Part shown: positions 52,834 through 64,000 of the stretch, in pieces
Layout: every line of letters begins with the position of its first letter
How positions within the stretch are numbered: position 1 is the stretch's first letter
DNA from: Octopus sinensis
Taxonomy: Eukaryota
Direction of reading: 5' to 3'
Length of the DNA: 64,000 nt
NCBI RefSeq assembly: GCF_006345805.1
Contig: NC_042997.1
Coordinates: 21,514,001 to 21,578,000 of the forward strand
The notes under the pieces: model-generated
The model's input: only the letters and a program-made list of their open reading frames with translations
Databases searched by the model: none
Told to the model about the DNA's origin: nothing
Translations under genes and position numbers: made by a program

Positions 52834-54508
52834 TGTTGTGTCTGGGGACAATCATTCTCTTTTTGTGCTTTATAATCTACCACACTCACCGGTAAAATTT
52901 CCACTTATTCCTTTTTTAATGCAAGACGCAACAGAATATGCTTCAACACACGAACTCACATAAATAATCTTGGAAACCAAATACAAAAACGATATGTGTG
53001 TGTGTGTGTGCATCGCAACGTGCTGTCGCTAACATAATTTCCTTCTGATCATATCACTGTCAATATCACCAGTTCACTGCAAAAAGTAATGAAGGAAGTT
53101 ATATGCTTAACTTACGTGTCATAAATTCAAATCTGTCATAAGTGTTGTGACTACATTTGCTCCAACTGTCCTGCAAAAAATAGGTCTCGTTCTTTATCTA
53201 ATCAAATCTAATCAATACCCATTGGATAAAATTGATTTGCTTTGTTAGCTCACTGCGTTGACAGTAAATAATCCCATTTAAGCACAATAGAAGCCCACAT
53301 AGTAGATATCTCTCTCCTTGAAATATATATATTACAATCTTTCTTTGAAGTTTATAACTAATTCCGAAATATTAAACTGTTGACACTGTTCCATGCAAAT
53401 GCATAAAATGAAAAAAAATACTAAAGCAACTAACTCTATCTGCAAATTACTTTACAGATGCCACATCATTTCATCACTTTTTTTTTACCTTGGCTGCGTT
53501 AAACGGTAATTTAGAAGAATTTTGATGAATATGTATTAATCGGTTTTGCTGAATATACAGCCCACGACCAAAGATTGAGATAATTACTTGTTTATAGTGA
53601 CATTTGTGATATATATATATATCAATAATATTTATAGCAGTAATTCTCCTAGTTGCAATTGTAGAGTTATGTCCCACTGTCCGTTATTAGGCCGGTATCT
53701 AACCCAAAACGTAATTTATAAATGTACAATCTTAACTATAACTGGTAACTTTATATATAGGATGTTCTGTTTATATGGGAAAAAACGTATTTATAGCCAT
53801 TTTTCCTCTTTTAGACTCAAACATAAACAAATTCTATGTAATTTTCTCTCTCTATTGTTGAAAATGTTGGTATATAAACAAAATTTATCTTTTTGGTTAT
53901 AATATCTTTCTTGATAATCCTAAATTTTATCTTTACACAACATAACAATATTGTTGAAAATCAATCACCTATAGTACCCCATGATAAAATTTCCTCTGTA
54001 TTATTATCATTGGTTTTATTAGCGTCTTGCCCATTTAACTGGTAATAAACATCTTGATTTGAGGTCTTCCACTACCCAACATCCTTATAGTCAGCTACTT
54101 TATTCTACTTCAAAATAATCTTGACAAGTTTTACGACCATACCCACTATGTTCTGTCAACTCTGTCCTACCCTTTCCTAACAAACACAATCCTTTAATCT
54201 TAGATTTAGTAATTGATAAACAAGACTAATAAGTTAAAACTGAACCAAAATCCGTTACAAGCTATGACCCCAACCAATTTTTTCCCAATGTCTGTTAAGT
54301 TCTAAGCTGGAGTGGTGGCAGCATGGTCTTTGTCTGTCTTCTTATTCTATTAGAGCATTTCAAATTATATTAATGTGTCCGACTGATTAAAAATTCTATT
54401 TATTTATTTATCCAGCTGAGGATAGCCCTGCATTTAAATTGATGTAATGATTGCATTGTTCAATTAAATGGTACTGAATCACGTCTGGATATCCTGTTGC
54501 TTATTTTG

Positions 54509-54509
<1 letters not shown>

Positions 54510-54586
<77 letters not shown>

Positions 54587-54610
54587 GTTTGTGTGCGCGT
54601 GTGTGTGTGG
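54510..54610. repeat. (TG)n microsatellite
   Basis: Direct. Confidence 0.97.
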
Positions 54611-55042
54611 GAGTGTGTATGTATAAGTAAGATTCAGTTGAATTAGGTACTTAAATTGAGGCATATTATACACCTCGGGATAATATACATACACAACAAC
54701 AATATTATGTAAATATCAAACTTGGAACATAAAGACCAGCCAGATAATATTACCGCAGTGCATGTAGACAATTAGACCCAGCTGAGATCAATAATAATAA
54801 TAGTAGTAATATTAATTTATCCCGTAATAACAACTTTAATAATCTTAATGATGTAAATATCAAAGATCCTTGGAACCCTTTAAATAAGGATTTGCTTGTA
54901 AATTGTAAATTTAGCAACAATAATTTGTCTACGCGTAGAAATGAGGGTATTACGAATATCCTGGACTTACATCATGCGACACTTAAGCAACATTTAGCTA
55001 CCTTGTAATTAATTATTCCCCTGAATTTTTCCTTTAAATTGT

Positions 55043-55044
<2 letters not shown>

Positions 55045-55103
<59 letters not shown>
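55045..55103. repeat. (TC)n microsatellite
   Basis: Direct. Confidence 0.97.
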
Positions 55104-55109
<6 letters not shown>

Positions 55110-55294
55110 GTGTATTATGTTCGTTCTATTCCCATACAATGATTTCTAGTCACAGTTTAGAGCCCTGCTCCATTAACCCTTATACCGTTATCCTTCAAAG
55201 TCTTCCTCTATTAATATTATGGTAATTAGTAACGGTTGGTCAGCTTTCTTTCTTTTTTTTCTCCTTATCCTCCCGCCTCTATCCATGAGTTTTA

Positions 55295-55332
55295 TTGTCG
55301 GACGAACGGGAACGTGAAACTCTGAGTAACAG
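55295..55332 (+). ncRNA. Minimal hammerhead-like motif with G at position 4
   Basis: TTGT-CGGACGA-ACG(GGAA)CGT-GAA-ACTCTGAGT-A-ACAG; same family as the 4630-4770 fold-back. Confidence 0.5.
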
Positions 55333-55389
55333 TTTGTGTGATAATTCTGCTGCTTTTTAATAAAGCATAAATATATAATATATATATAT

Positions 55390-55429
<40 letters not shown>

Positions 55430-55442
<13 letters not shown>

Positions 55443-55650
55443 ATTCGCGACAAAACCACTATTTTAAAACAAACAAGGAAAGACTTAATCAATACATAAA
55501 ATTATTTATTTTATTTATTTATTTTATTTATTTATTTTATTTATTTTATTTATTTTATTTAATTTATATTAAAATTTTATGTATTGATTAAGTCTTTCCT
55601 TGTTTGGTTTTAAAATAGTGGTTTTATCTCGAATTATATTATATAATATT
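55430..55650. repeat. Fold-back with arms of about 75 bp and an (ATTTT)n spacer at a (TA)n edge
   Basis: aaaaccactattttaaaac.aaacaaggaaagacttaatcaatacataaaat / attttatgtattgattaagtctttccttgttt.gttttaaaatagtggtttt. Confidence 0.85.
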
Positions 55651-55747
55651 TTACTATAAAATTGGATTTAACCCTAAATCTGATTTTTTCCCTGTAATTT
55701 TGGATTCATTCCCTAATATTTATTATTATATATATATATATATATAT

Positions 55748-56721
55748 AACTGAGAATGTGTGTCTGTCTGTCTGTCTGTCTGTGTGTTTCCCTAAAACTT
55801 GAGAACTACACAACCAATTTCATTCAAATTTTACACATGCCTTACTTAGGGTCCGGGGAGTGTCATCGGCGAAAAGTTCAACTTTTTGCCTAGGGCGAGC
55901 CCATAGCAATATCATATCTTCTCCACTATTTCAGTATTACGTGTTAAAACTGAAACAAAAACATTTCTCTATTTTATGTCAGATACTTTCACTTAAACAA
56001 TAAAAATAATAATAATAATTGAATTATATGTAGTAAATAATAATTAAAATCAAACTAAAGTATAATATAATCGTAAAATAACAAAAGTAAAAGTAGCAAT
56101 TGGTATAAAATAGCATCAATGACTTGAACTTGAATAAGTGGTTTCACATGAATGGGAATAAATTAAAAATGAAATTAATGCACAGAAATGGAATAGTCCA
56201 TTAAATTAAAGAAAAGACAATTGTCTATAAAGTATACAATGTAGGGAAAAAAAGATTTGAACACCTGAACGAAAGCACCATCGAAAAGTGTCTTGGTGCG
56301 ACTATGAAAGATATCAAGTATCTAACCAGAGGCGGTAAATTCGCCACAATAGAAGCAAGATTCGAGTCAACGGAGTGTGCAAGGGAGTACTCGACTCGAA
56401 CCTTACAAAGTGGAAATATTCTATTTTTACCTTTATATCTGTGACGTAGGACGTCTCGGATAAAAATTTAAAATGCACCCCCAGAAGTAGAGGTAGGCTG
56501 GATTGTAGCCACACTTCTATAAAAGAAGGAGGACAAGATACAATTGATCGAAATTGCAAGAGACGGGCCTACAATTCCAGTCTGTTATATATTTTGCGTA
56601 TTGTTATTACTAGCGATATCAAGATGTAACTTTGTATTTTGTATTTTATGTGTAGATGTATATATATAGATGTACACATAGATATACACATATATAAATG
56701 CACTAGCACTATATTGCTAGT
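55748..56721 (+). mobile_element. Helitron-like non-autonomous element, copy 1 (internally deleted)
   Basis: aactgagaatgtgtgtct(gtct)n start, 3' end ...tgCTAGt, no TIR or TSD seen; about 90% similar to copy 2 by eye. Confidence 0.5.
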
Positions 56722-56764
56722 AAAATAATGGTAGTAAAAAAAAAAAATATATATATATATATAT

Positions 56765-56829
<65 letters not shown>

Positions 56830-56839
56830 CATACATACA

Positions 56840-56875
<36 letters not shown>

Positions 56876-56876
56876 T

Positions 56877-58454
56877 AAAACTGGGAATGTGTGTCTGTCT
56901 GTCTGTCTGTCTGTGTGTTTCCCTAAAACTTGAGAACTACGCAACCAATTTCATTCAAATTTTACACATGCCTTACTTAGGGTCCATGTAGTTTCATGGG
57001 CAAAAAAATTGTTCAACTTCTTGCCTAGAGCGAGCCCATAGCAATATCATATCTTCTCCACTATTTCAGTATTACGTGTTAAAACTGAAACAAAAACATT
57101 TCTCTATTTTATGTCAGATACTTTCACTTTAACAATAAGAATAATAATAACAATTGAATTATATGTAGTAAGTAATAATTAAAATCAAACTAAAGTATAA
57201 TATAATCGTAACATAACAAAAGTAAAAATAGCAATTGGTATAAAATTGCATCAATGACTTGAACTTGAATAAGTGGTTTCACATGAATGGGAATAAATTT
57301 AAAATAAAATTAGAGTGCAGAAATGGAATAGTCCAGATGGAGCTGTGCACATACCCTTTACCACGGCTTTTACATTAGATTATCTGCTAATTAGCTAGCA
57401 TTAAGTATCTATATGAAGTTTGGCTGTATGTAATGTCTGTTTTCTCGAACAGCCGCTTCTACAGAGTTCTGCTGCTGGTTTATTTCTTGTACATAAAGGA
57501 CTATAGCTTCAACTGCGTGCTGCTTTTTGATTCACCGTAAGGTTTTTTGTTATTATTATTACTGTTTAACTATTGTTATCACGTTTGTTGGTTCCTCGTA
57601 AGGGAAAAGTTGTTGTGTTGCATTTGTTAAATAATTGTAAACTGTAACGCTCCCCCTTTGGGAGAAGGAGCTTTGGTTATTGTTTAAAAATTGAATTGTG
57701 TCCCTGTTTGGGGAAATTGACAATATTTTCACTGTTTATACGGAAACATTTTTGTTAGAATGCCTTCGATAGAAGAAAGCCCAAAAATGAATTTCGCTGC
57801 AGCCGTCGGCGGGCGCGAACTCATTGAAATTAAAATGGAAGATATACAAACCTATTTCGGATTGATCACCGACAAAGACGGTGAATCTAGGATAACACCA
57901 CCAAATGAAATAGAAAATTAAATTAAAGAAAAGACTATTGTCTATTAAGTATACAATGTAGAGAAAAAAAAAGATTTGAACACCTGGAGGAAAGCACCGT
58001 CGAAAAGTGTCTTGGTGCGACTATGAAAGATATCTAACCAGAGGCGGTAAATTCGCCACAATAGAAGCAAGGTTCGAGTCAACGGAGCGTGCAAGGGAGT
58101 ATTTGATTCGAACTTGCAAAGTGGAAATATTTTATTTTTACCTTTATATCTGGGACGTAGGACGTTCCGGATAAAAATTTTAAATGTCCCCCCAGAAGTA
58201 GAGGTAGGCTGGATTGTAGCCACACTTCTATACAAGAGGGAGGACAAGATACAATTGATCGAAATTGCAAGAGACGGGCCTACAATTCGAGTCGTTATAT
58301 ATTTTGAGCATTGTTATCACTAGCGATATCAAGATATAACTTTGTATTTTGCATTTTATGTGTAGATGTATATATAGATGTACATGTAATATGTACACAC
58401 ATATATACACATATATACATACACTAGCACTATGACCCGGCAACGACGTGTCAT
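56877..58454 (+). mobile_element. Helitron-like element, copy 2, carrying a LINE 5'UTR/ORF1-like segment (ATG 57760)
   Basis: Same 5' 460 bp as copy 1; extra 57336-57917; subterminal hairpin atgacccggcaacgacgtgtcat. Confidence 0.5.
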
Positions 58455-58470
58455 ATATATATATATATAT

Positions 58471-60030
58471 ATTAAGATTGGCAACTAAGTTCCAACTGTT
58501 TTTTTTAATTTTTAATTTTTAAAGGTTTAATACAAAGTAACGCAGGAGTGGCTGTGTGGTAAGTAGCTTGCTAACCAACCACATGGTTCCGGGTTCAGTC
58601 CCACTGCGTGGCATCTTGGGCAAGTGTCTCTGCTATAGCTCCGGGCCGACCAATGCCTTGTGAGTAGATTTGGCGGACGGAAACTGAAAGAAGCCTGTCG
58701 TATATATATATATATGTATATGTGTGTATGTTTGTGTGTCTGTGTTTGTCCCCCTAGCATTGCTTGACAACCGATGCTGGTGTGTTTACGTTGCCGTCAC
58801 TTAGCGGTTCGGCAAAAGAGACCGATAGAATAAGTACTGGGCTTACAAAGAATAAGTCCCGGGGTCGCTTTGCTCGACTAAAGGCGGTGCTCCAGCATGG
58901 CCGCAGTCAAATGACTGAAACGAGTAAAAGAGTAAGAGTAACTAATTAATCAATAATGTATTCACCCTTGTTGTTTACAACTTCTTCCCAACGTTCAACA
59001 AGATTTTCAATACCTCGTTGGTAGAAATCACCCGATTTCGACTTGATAAATTAATCCTACCAAGCTCTCAATTCTGCATCAGTATTGAACGAAAGTCCGC
59101 GCATAGCATTTGAAACAGACCGAAAGAGGTGGAAATCCGTTGGTGCCAAACCAGGAGAGTACGGCGGGTGTGGCAGCACTTCCCAGCCATGCGTTTGAAT
59201 GGCTTCCTTGGTCATATTGGCGATATGAGGGCGGGCGTTGTCATGCACCAGAAGAACTCCGTGCTGCCGATTAGGTTTTTTCCCTTGAATAGCCGTGTTA
59301 AGTCGTTCCATCTGTTGAACATAGAGTTCCGCGTTGACCGTTTGGATCCGTTCAAGCAATTCGTAATGGATAATCCTTCCCCAGTCCCACCATACGCACA
59401 ACATCGTTTTACACGGATGAAGATCTTGTTACACGCGCGGTGTCGCTTGTTTACCGAGGCTAAGCCATTCCTAGCGCTGCTTCATATTGATGTACAGGCA
59501 CTATCTTTCGTCGCCAGTAACGATTCGGTAAAGGAATCGTTGCTAGTGTCCATGAGTTGAGCGGTGACGAGCAAGCAAGCCAGAGGAGATTGTGGCTCGT
59601 TCATTTTTGTTGTTGTCACTTAAAGCATGCGGAACACATGCTCCATACTTCTGAACGTTTCTCATCGAGTGAAGATGCTTCTCTATAGCAGTGTAGGAGC
59701 ATTCCATTTTCTCTGCCAGTTCCATTGTCGTTTGACGAGAATTTTCGTGCAAAATTTGGTTTAATCGCTCTTCATCGATCTCAACTAGACGGCCAGAAAG
59801 AGGTACGTCTTTGAGGTCAAAATTTCCAATTTTGAACTTGGCATACCAATCACGAGCGGTTCTTTCAGCTATGGCACCCTATCCATACACAGCACAAATG
59901 TCGCGATCAGCTTTTGTACCCTTCGAACCTTGACTAAAAGCAAAAAGAAAGTGTCGAAAATGCTCGTTTTTCTTAACTTGACATTCAATTTTAATGATCT
60001 GAAAATAAACAAAAATTAACTAAAATTAAC
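58471..60030 (-). mobile_element. Mariner transposon, dead, with a SINE inserted near its 3' end
   Basis: RDWYAKFKIGNFDLKD, GACVPHAL, MLCVWWDW, HDNARPH, YSPGLAPTDFHLF; putative TIR attaagattggcaactaagttcc at 58471 beside (TA)n; partner TIR not found. Confidence 0.9.
58541..58938 (+). mobile_element. SINE family B, full-length, nested in the mariner
   Basis: Near-consensus head, TA/TG tract and (gagtaa) tail. Confidence 0.92.
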
Positions 60031-61079
60031 TAGTGGAGGAGCTGCACTCTGTTGTTAAGTCTCTAACCAAAGTTCAGCATCAAAGACAGGGAATCTATTG
60101 CTAAGATACTTAATGGGCTAATCTATAGTTACCTTGATGCTTTGGTGGATGGAGTTAGCTACATTTTAGATGCTCTCCATTGTACTCCTCTCGATTTCTT
60201 CGGTACAGTCACATGGCGTTGTCCTAACTAGAGTATTAATGTCGTCTACATACCTTCAGTAAAGCAATATTGTTAGAGATTGTTGAAGCTTTTTGTCCCA
60301 CCTGATCATGAAGAGGCCGGCCACATCCCCAGCCATTCCAACATCAAATGGCTGCATCTTGAACCTGCTTATATAGTTTCTTGTTAAACTTCACTATGTG
60401 GTTCTTTAAGGTGATTTTTCACGCTGGCTCCTATAGCGTGCGCAATAATTCTTTTCACCTGATTGTCGTTCTCAGGGTCTTGGGTGGGCATGACCCAGCC
60501 ACTTCAGTGCACTGTAGTGCTTTTCTCCACTGCCGAGGTGATGGCAGGTAGTCTTCCCCCTTTCTGATCTGGTAAGGTAGAATCTACTTCGGTCATGGTT
60601 GTCTAGGTAGTTACGGTCATAGGTTAGTTTTTAGGAGGAGGCCCAGTTCCTTTGTGTTGACTTCGCGGAAATCTACTTCGCTCTCACAGATAATCTCAAT
60701 AGATTTCTACACAGTAAAATCTGTGTCTATAGATGGGCAGTGTGAAACCATATCCATGCGACCAACTACACAACCTGCAAGGTCGTTAGAGGGGTTGCAC
60801 TATTGATTCTACTGAGGTAGTCCTCCTTGCTCACACAGACATTTAGGGACGTTTCATTGAGCGGTCGTAAATCCTGCGAGAGGAAGCATGATAGATTATA
60901 GTTGCTGGAGATATTCACCCCGCAAACTGGTCTGGTAGGGGGCCCCATAACAAGGTCTACATAAGGTTTATGGTCCTTCCATAACCCTGTACAGCATAGG
61001 AGCGTCGTTATTGAATGCCTGGAAATTTTGTGCGGTCTGTTTTTTGGGTTGGTGTATGTCACACCACATTCCCATGTGC

Positions 61080-61740
61080 GTGTTGAGAGGTTTTTCTACT
61101 TTTTCAAAGCAAATATATGGCTGTAAATCAAATGGCTACGATGTGGCTCTGGGAATAGTGAGTGTGCTTTAGATGTATGCTCTTGTTTATAGTTACCAAT
61201 ATAAAGAAATTATTTCTTGTAACAATAAGGAATACAGAAAGATCTTAAAATGTACACATTAGCTTAGCAACCACTTTAGATATTCCTATATAGATTCATC
61301 CATGAAAACTAGATCATCAGCATATAGGAGTTACCATGAACTTCCAGTCTTGAACTCTTCTTTGATGGCTTGTAGGGCTGTGGTGAAGGTGAGAGGACTG
61401 AGGACTGAAATATGATGGACTCCTTCCCTCACGTCAAATTCTCTGCAATCGTTGTTGACTCTCACATTACTTACCGTGTATTTCTACTTAGTTTATATAG
61501 CTCTTACAATTCATTTGTCTACACCTAGTTTCCTTAGAGATCACCAAATACCTAAACGTGGTACCTTGTCAAATGTGTTTCCCAAATCAACGAATGCCAG
61601 CAACAGCGGTTTAACCTTAGCCAAGTATATCTCTTGCAACTGTTTCACAATGAAGATTGCATCCGTGATATTTTTCCGGACACGAAACAAAGCTGCATCT
61701 CATCTAGGTCTATTCTGTTATGAGCCAATCATAACGAAAA
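61080..61740 (-). mobile_element. RTE-clade LINE reverse transcriptase remnant
   Basis: DEMQLCF..TDAIFIVKQLQEIY..AFVDLGNTFDKVPR..GVHHISVLSPLTF..LLYADDLV with stops. Confidence 0.85.
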
Positions 61741-63756
61741 TCATATAAAGACACAATCATATCATATAGTACATTAAATGATAGCAAGATATTGCGCCAA
61801 GGCAATTATGATAGGGATGATTGTTCGTTTAGCTGTAATTTGTAACTGTGAGAGCAAAATCCTGTACATTAATTATCCTGTCACACAAATGTAAAACGTG
61901 ACGATGTTAGTACATGTGAAATTGATTAGGTATGTATTAAGATCAAACATACATCTTAAATGCATTAATACATACGTGAAAAGAAAGCATCACCAGTTTT
62001 GAAGAGGTAATTGTACATTGCCGAGAAAGACGCTCTTAGATATCGAATGCAGCCACTGAGGATAAGGGATAAGGAAATGAGAGCCTGATATCCTCATCAG
62101 TACAGCCCTGAAGATTTTTCTGAGATATCAGATACAGTCACTGGAAGGGATGTTCCCATCTCTGCATGCTTAAATTAAACGTTCAACTAATTCATAGAGT
62201 ATTCAGCTAGTTTTATTCTAATTAAGGCTTTAAATACTTTTAGAATACTTCTTATATATGAAAGCGCAGGCTTCCAAATATTTCTGTAATACATCGAAGG
62301 TCTTGAATGATGATACGCGAAGAAATTCAGTAAAAAGGCAGAAATGTAGAAAAGGTAGAAAGAGAGTGAGAGTAAAATAATATATGTAATTCTACTTTTG
62401 TGTAACCTTTCGTTTTATACAATATATATTCATATATTTTATATATTACTGACATGGAATATTCCCCTCAGTATCTTTTTACATATAAAAGCTAAAAGAC
62501 TGCAATGTTATCTAAATTTTAATTTAGCGAGACTGGATTAATTTGAAGTAAAATCCTTACCTAACAATATTAAATAGCATCTCGTCTGATGTAATATCCA
62601 CTTTCTTGATTATTCTATTGTGTTCAGCAAATTTGAACTATCGATCTAAATTCCAATAATTCTTATTTATTTTCAGGGCTTTTAGGCTACCCGCTCACAG
62701 TTTTACAGTTGCCCAGCAGATGGTTATCGAAGGTAATTTCTTTTTTTTTCAGCTTTAACTGCATTTCTAATCCATTTACATATTTCTTTACTCCTGTGTT
62801 TTAGAAACTACAAGGGCCATGAAGCTTTAAAATATTCAACAATAATAATATTGTCGTGTTTTTTAAATCCCAGATTTGTTTTGAGAGTGCATATCTACGA
62901 CCGAAGACCAAACCATACATATTAAGACGGAAGAGTGTAGTTTAAGGGATATTTGGCAAGAATTTCTAATAAAATCGTGCAACTACACTGAGGTCCCGTC
63001 ATTACCTCGAAATATTTGTTGGTTGCGGTGGTAGTGAATTTGTGTAATATGAGATCAGCCCTGATCGAGCTCTACGCAGATAGTCAACCGAAGGACAAGT
63101 CGCGTCTCACAGATCCCTGTTCCCAGTTATGTCTTGTTTCCATCAATACTTCGATATGTTATAATAATTATATAGAGAGTGCGATCTGACCATCTTCCTA
63201 TATTGCACTCTCTCTGCTGACAAGCCAATATTTGTATACTCAGATTTTGATGACAGCAACAACGAAGGAGAGCGGGCCATGTAAACCTGGTCAGAATATT
63301 CTTATTCAGCTATTGTTGGTGAGGTGTATCTCAGGATTGCATGAGCAGCCAGTGATGCAATTGACATTATAGTTATACCTGTGTATATGTGGTGTAATGT
63401 TTTTCTAAGTGGAAGAGATGGTGTTTTGACATATAATTGTTCTAATTTTCCAAACATTATGTACGACCTGGATTTTCGAAGCTAGTTATTCATGTAATGG
63501 GGAATAAAATGGAGCTTGAAGTATGCTACATTGTTCCTTTTGTGGTCCAGGTGGTTCTTCGTTTTTTGTACTTTTCGTTTTGTAATTGGTTTGTAGATGC
63601 TGTCAGTGTACAGCTAACGATGCGTAGCGCACAATTTTGTGTTCTTTATATTTACTGTGGATTATTGTGAAGATACAATATTGCTTGTCCCTCATTGTCG
63701 ATTATGTTATGTGAATTTATGAGTCGTTTTGCTTTCATTATTACGTTTTCTATATA

Positions 63757-63960
63757 AGGCGGCGAGCTGCTAGAATCGTTAGCTCGCCGGACAAAATGCA
63801 TAACGACATTCCATCCGTCTTTACGTTCGAGTTCAAAATTCGCTGTGGTCGACTTTTCCTTTTATCCTTTCATGGTCGACAAAATAAATACCAGTTGGAT
63901 ATGGAGTCGATGTAATTGACTAACCCCTTTCCCCTAAAACATTATTGTATCTTGTATCAA
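63757..63960 (+). mobile_element. SINE family A, diverged
   Basis: ggcggcgagctgctagaatcgttag...gtcgacttttcctttt. Confidence 0.8.
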
Positions 63961-64000
63961 AACCTGAAGCAATTATGGTTTCTATAAGTGTTGTTGAAGA

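Noticed and set aside
54410-54495. CTGAGGA...GAATC..GTC hammerhead-like arrangement (and the copy at about 15.9 kb)
   Set aside because: Each copy breaks a different core element and the helix registers do not fit; needs a family consensus.
60100-61060. Possible LINE 3' region
   Set aside because: Too decayed to assign by eye.
62055-62150. Minus-strand CTGATGA followed by a hairpin
   Set aside because: No GAAA after the helix.

Overview
AT-rich, repeat-saturated eukaryotic DNA. The SINE families and heavy microsatellite load suggest a cephalopod, probably Octopus (inference, not verified). No complete host gene is recognisable; there is one candidate signal-peptide exon at about 44.1 kb. 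Most ORF-track entries are microsatellite read-through. Recognisable content: two dead mariner transposons; several R4/Dong-type non-LTR retrotransposon remnants; RTE and Penelope-like (PLE) RT remnants; a 2.4-kb non-autonomous LTR element with a tRNA-Trp PBS and 4-bp TSD; two tandem Helitron-like elements carrying a captured LINE-ORF1-like segment; and many copies of two tRNA-type SINE families. The main discovery is that at least eight short, apparently unrelated repeats carry type I hammerhead ribozyme (HHR) motifs with a palindromic helix III, and most lie beside (TA)n tracts or inside fold-back structures. They include an apparently intact one (12061-12149), a tandem 556-bp HHR unit with an inverted copy (14.6-15.8 kb, retrozyme/PLE pLTR-like), and variants with covarying core bases. 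All folds were made by eye and none was computed or tested. No rRNA, genuine tRNA gene or CRISPR array was found.
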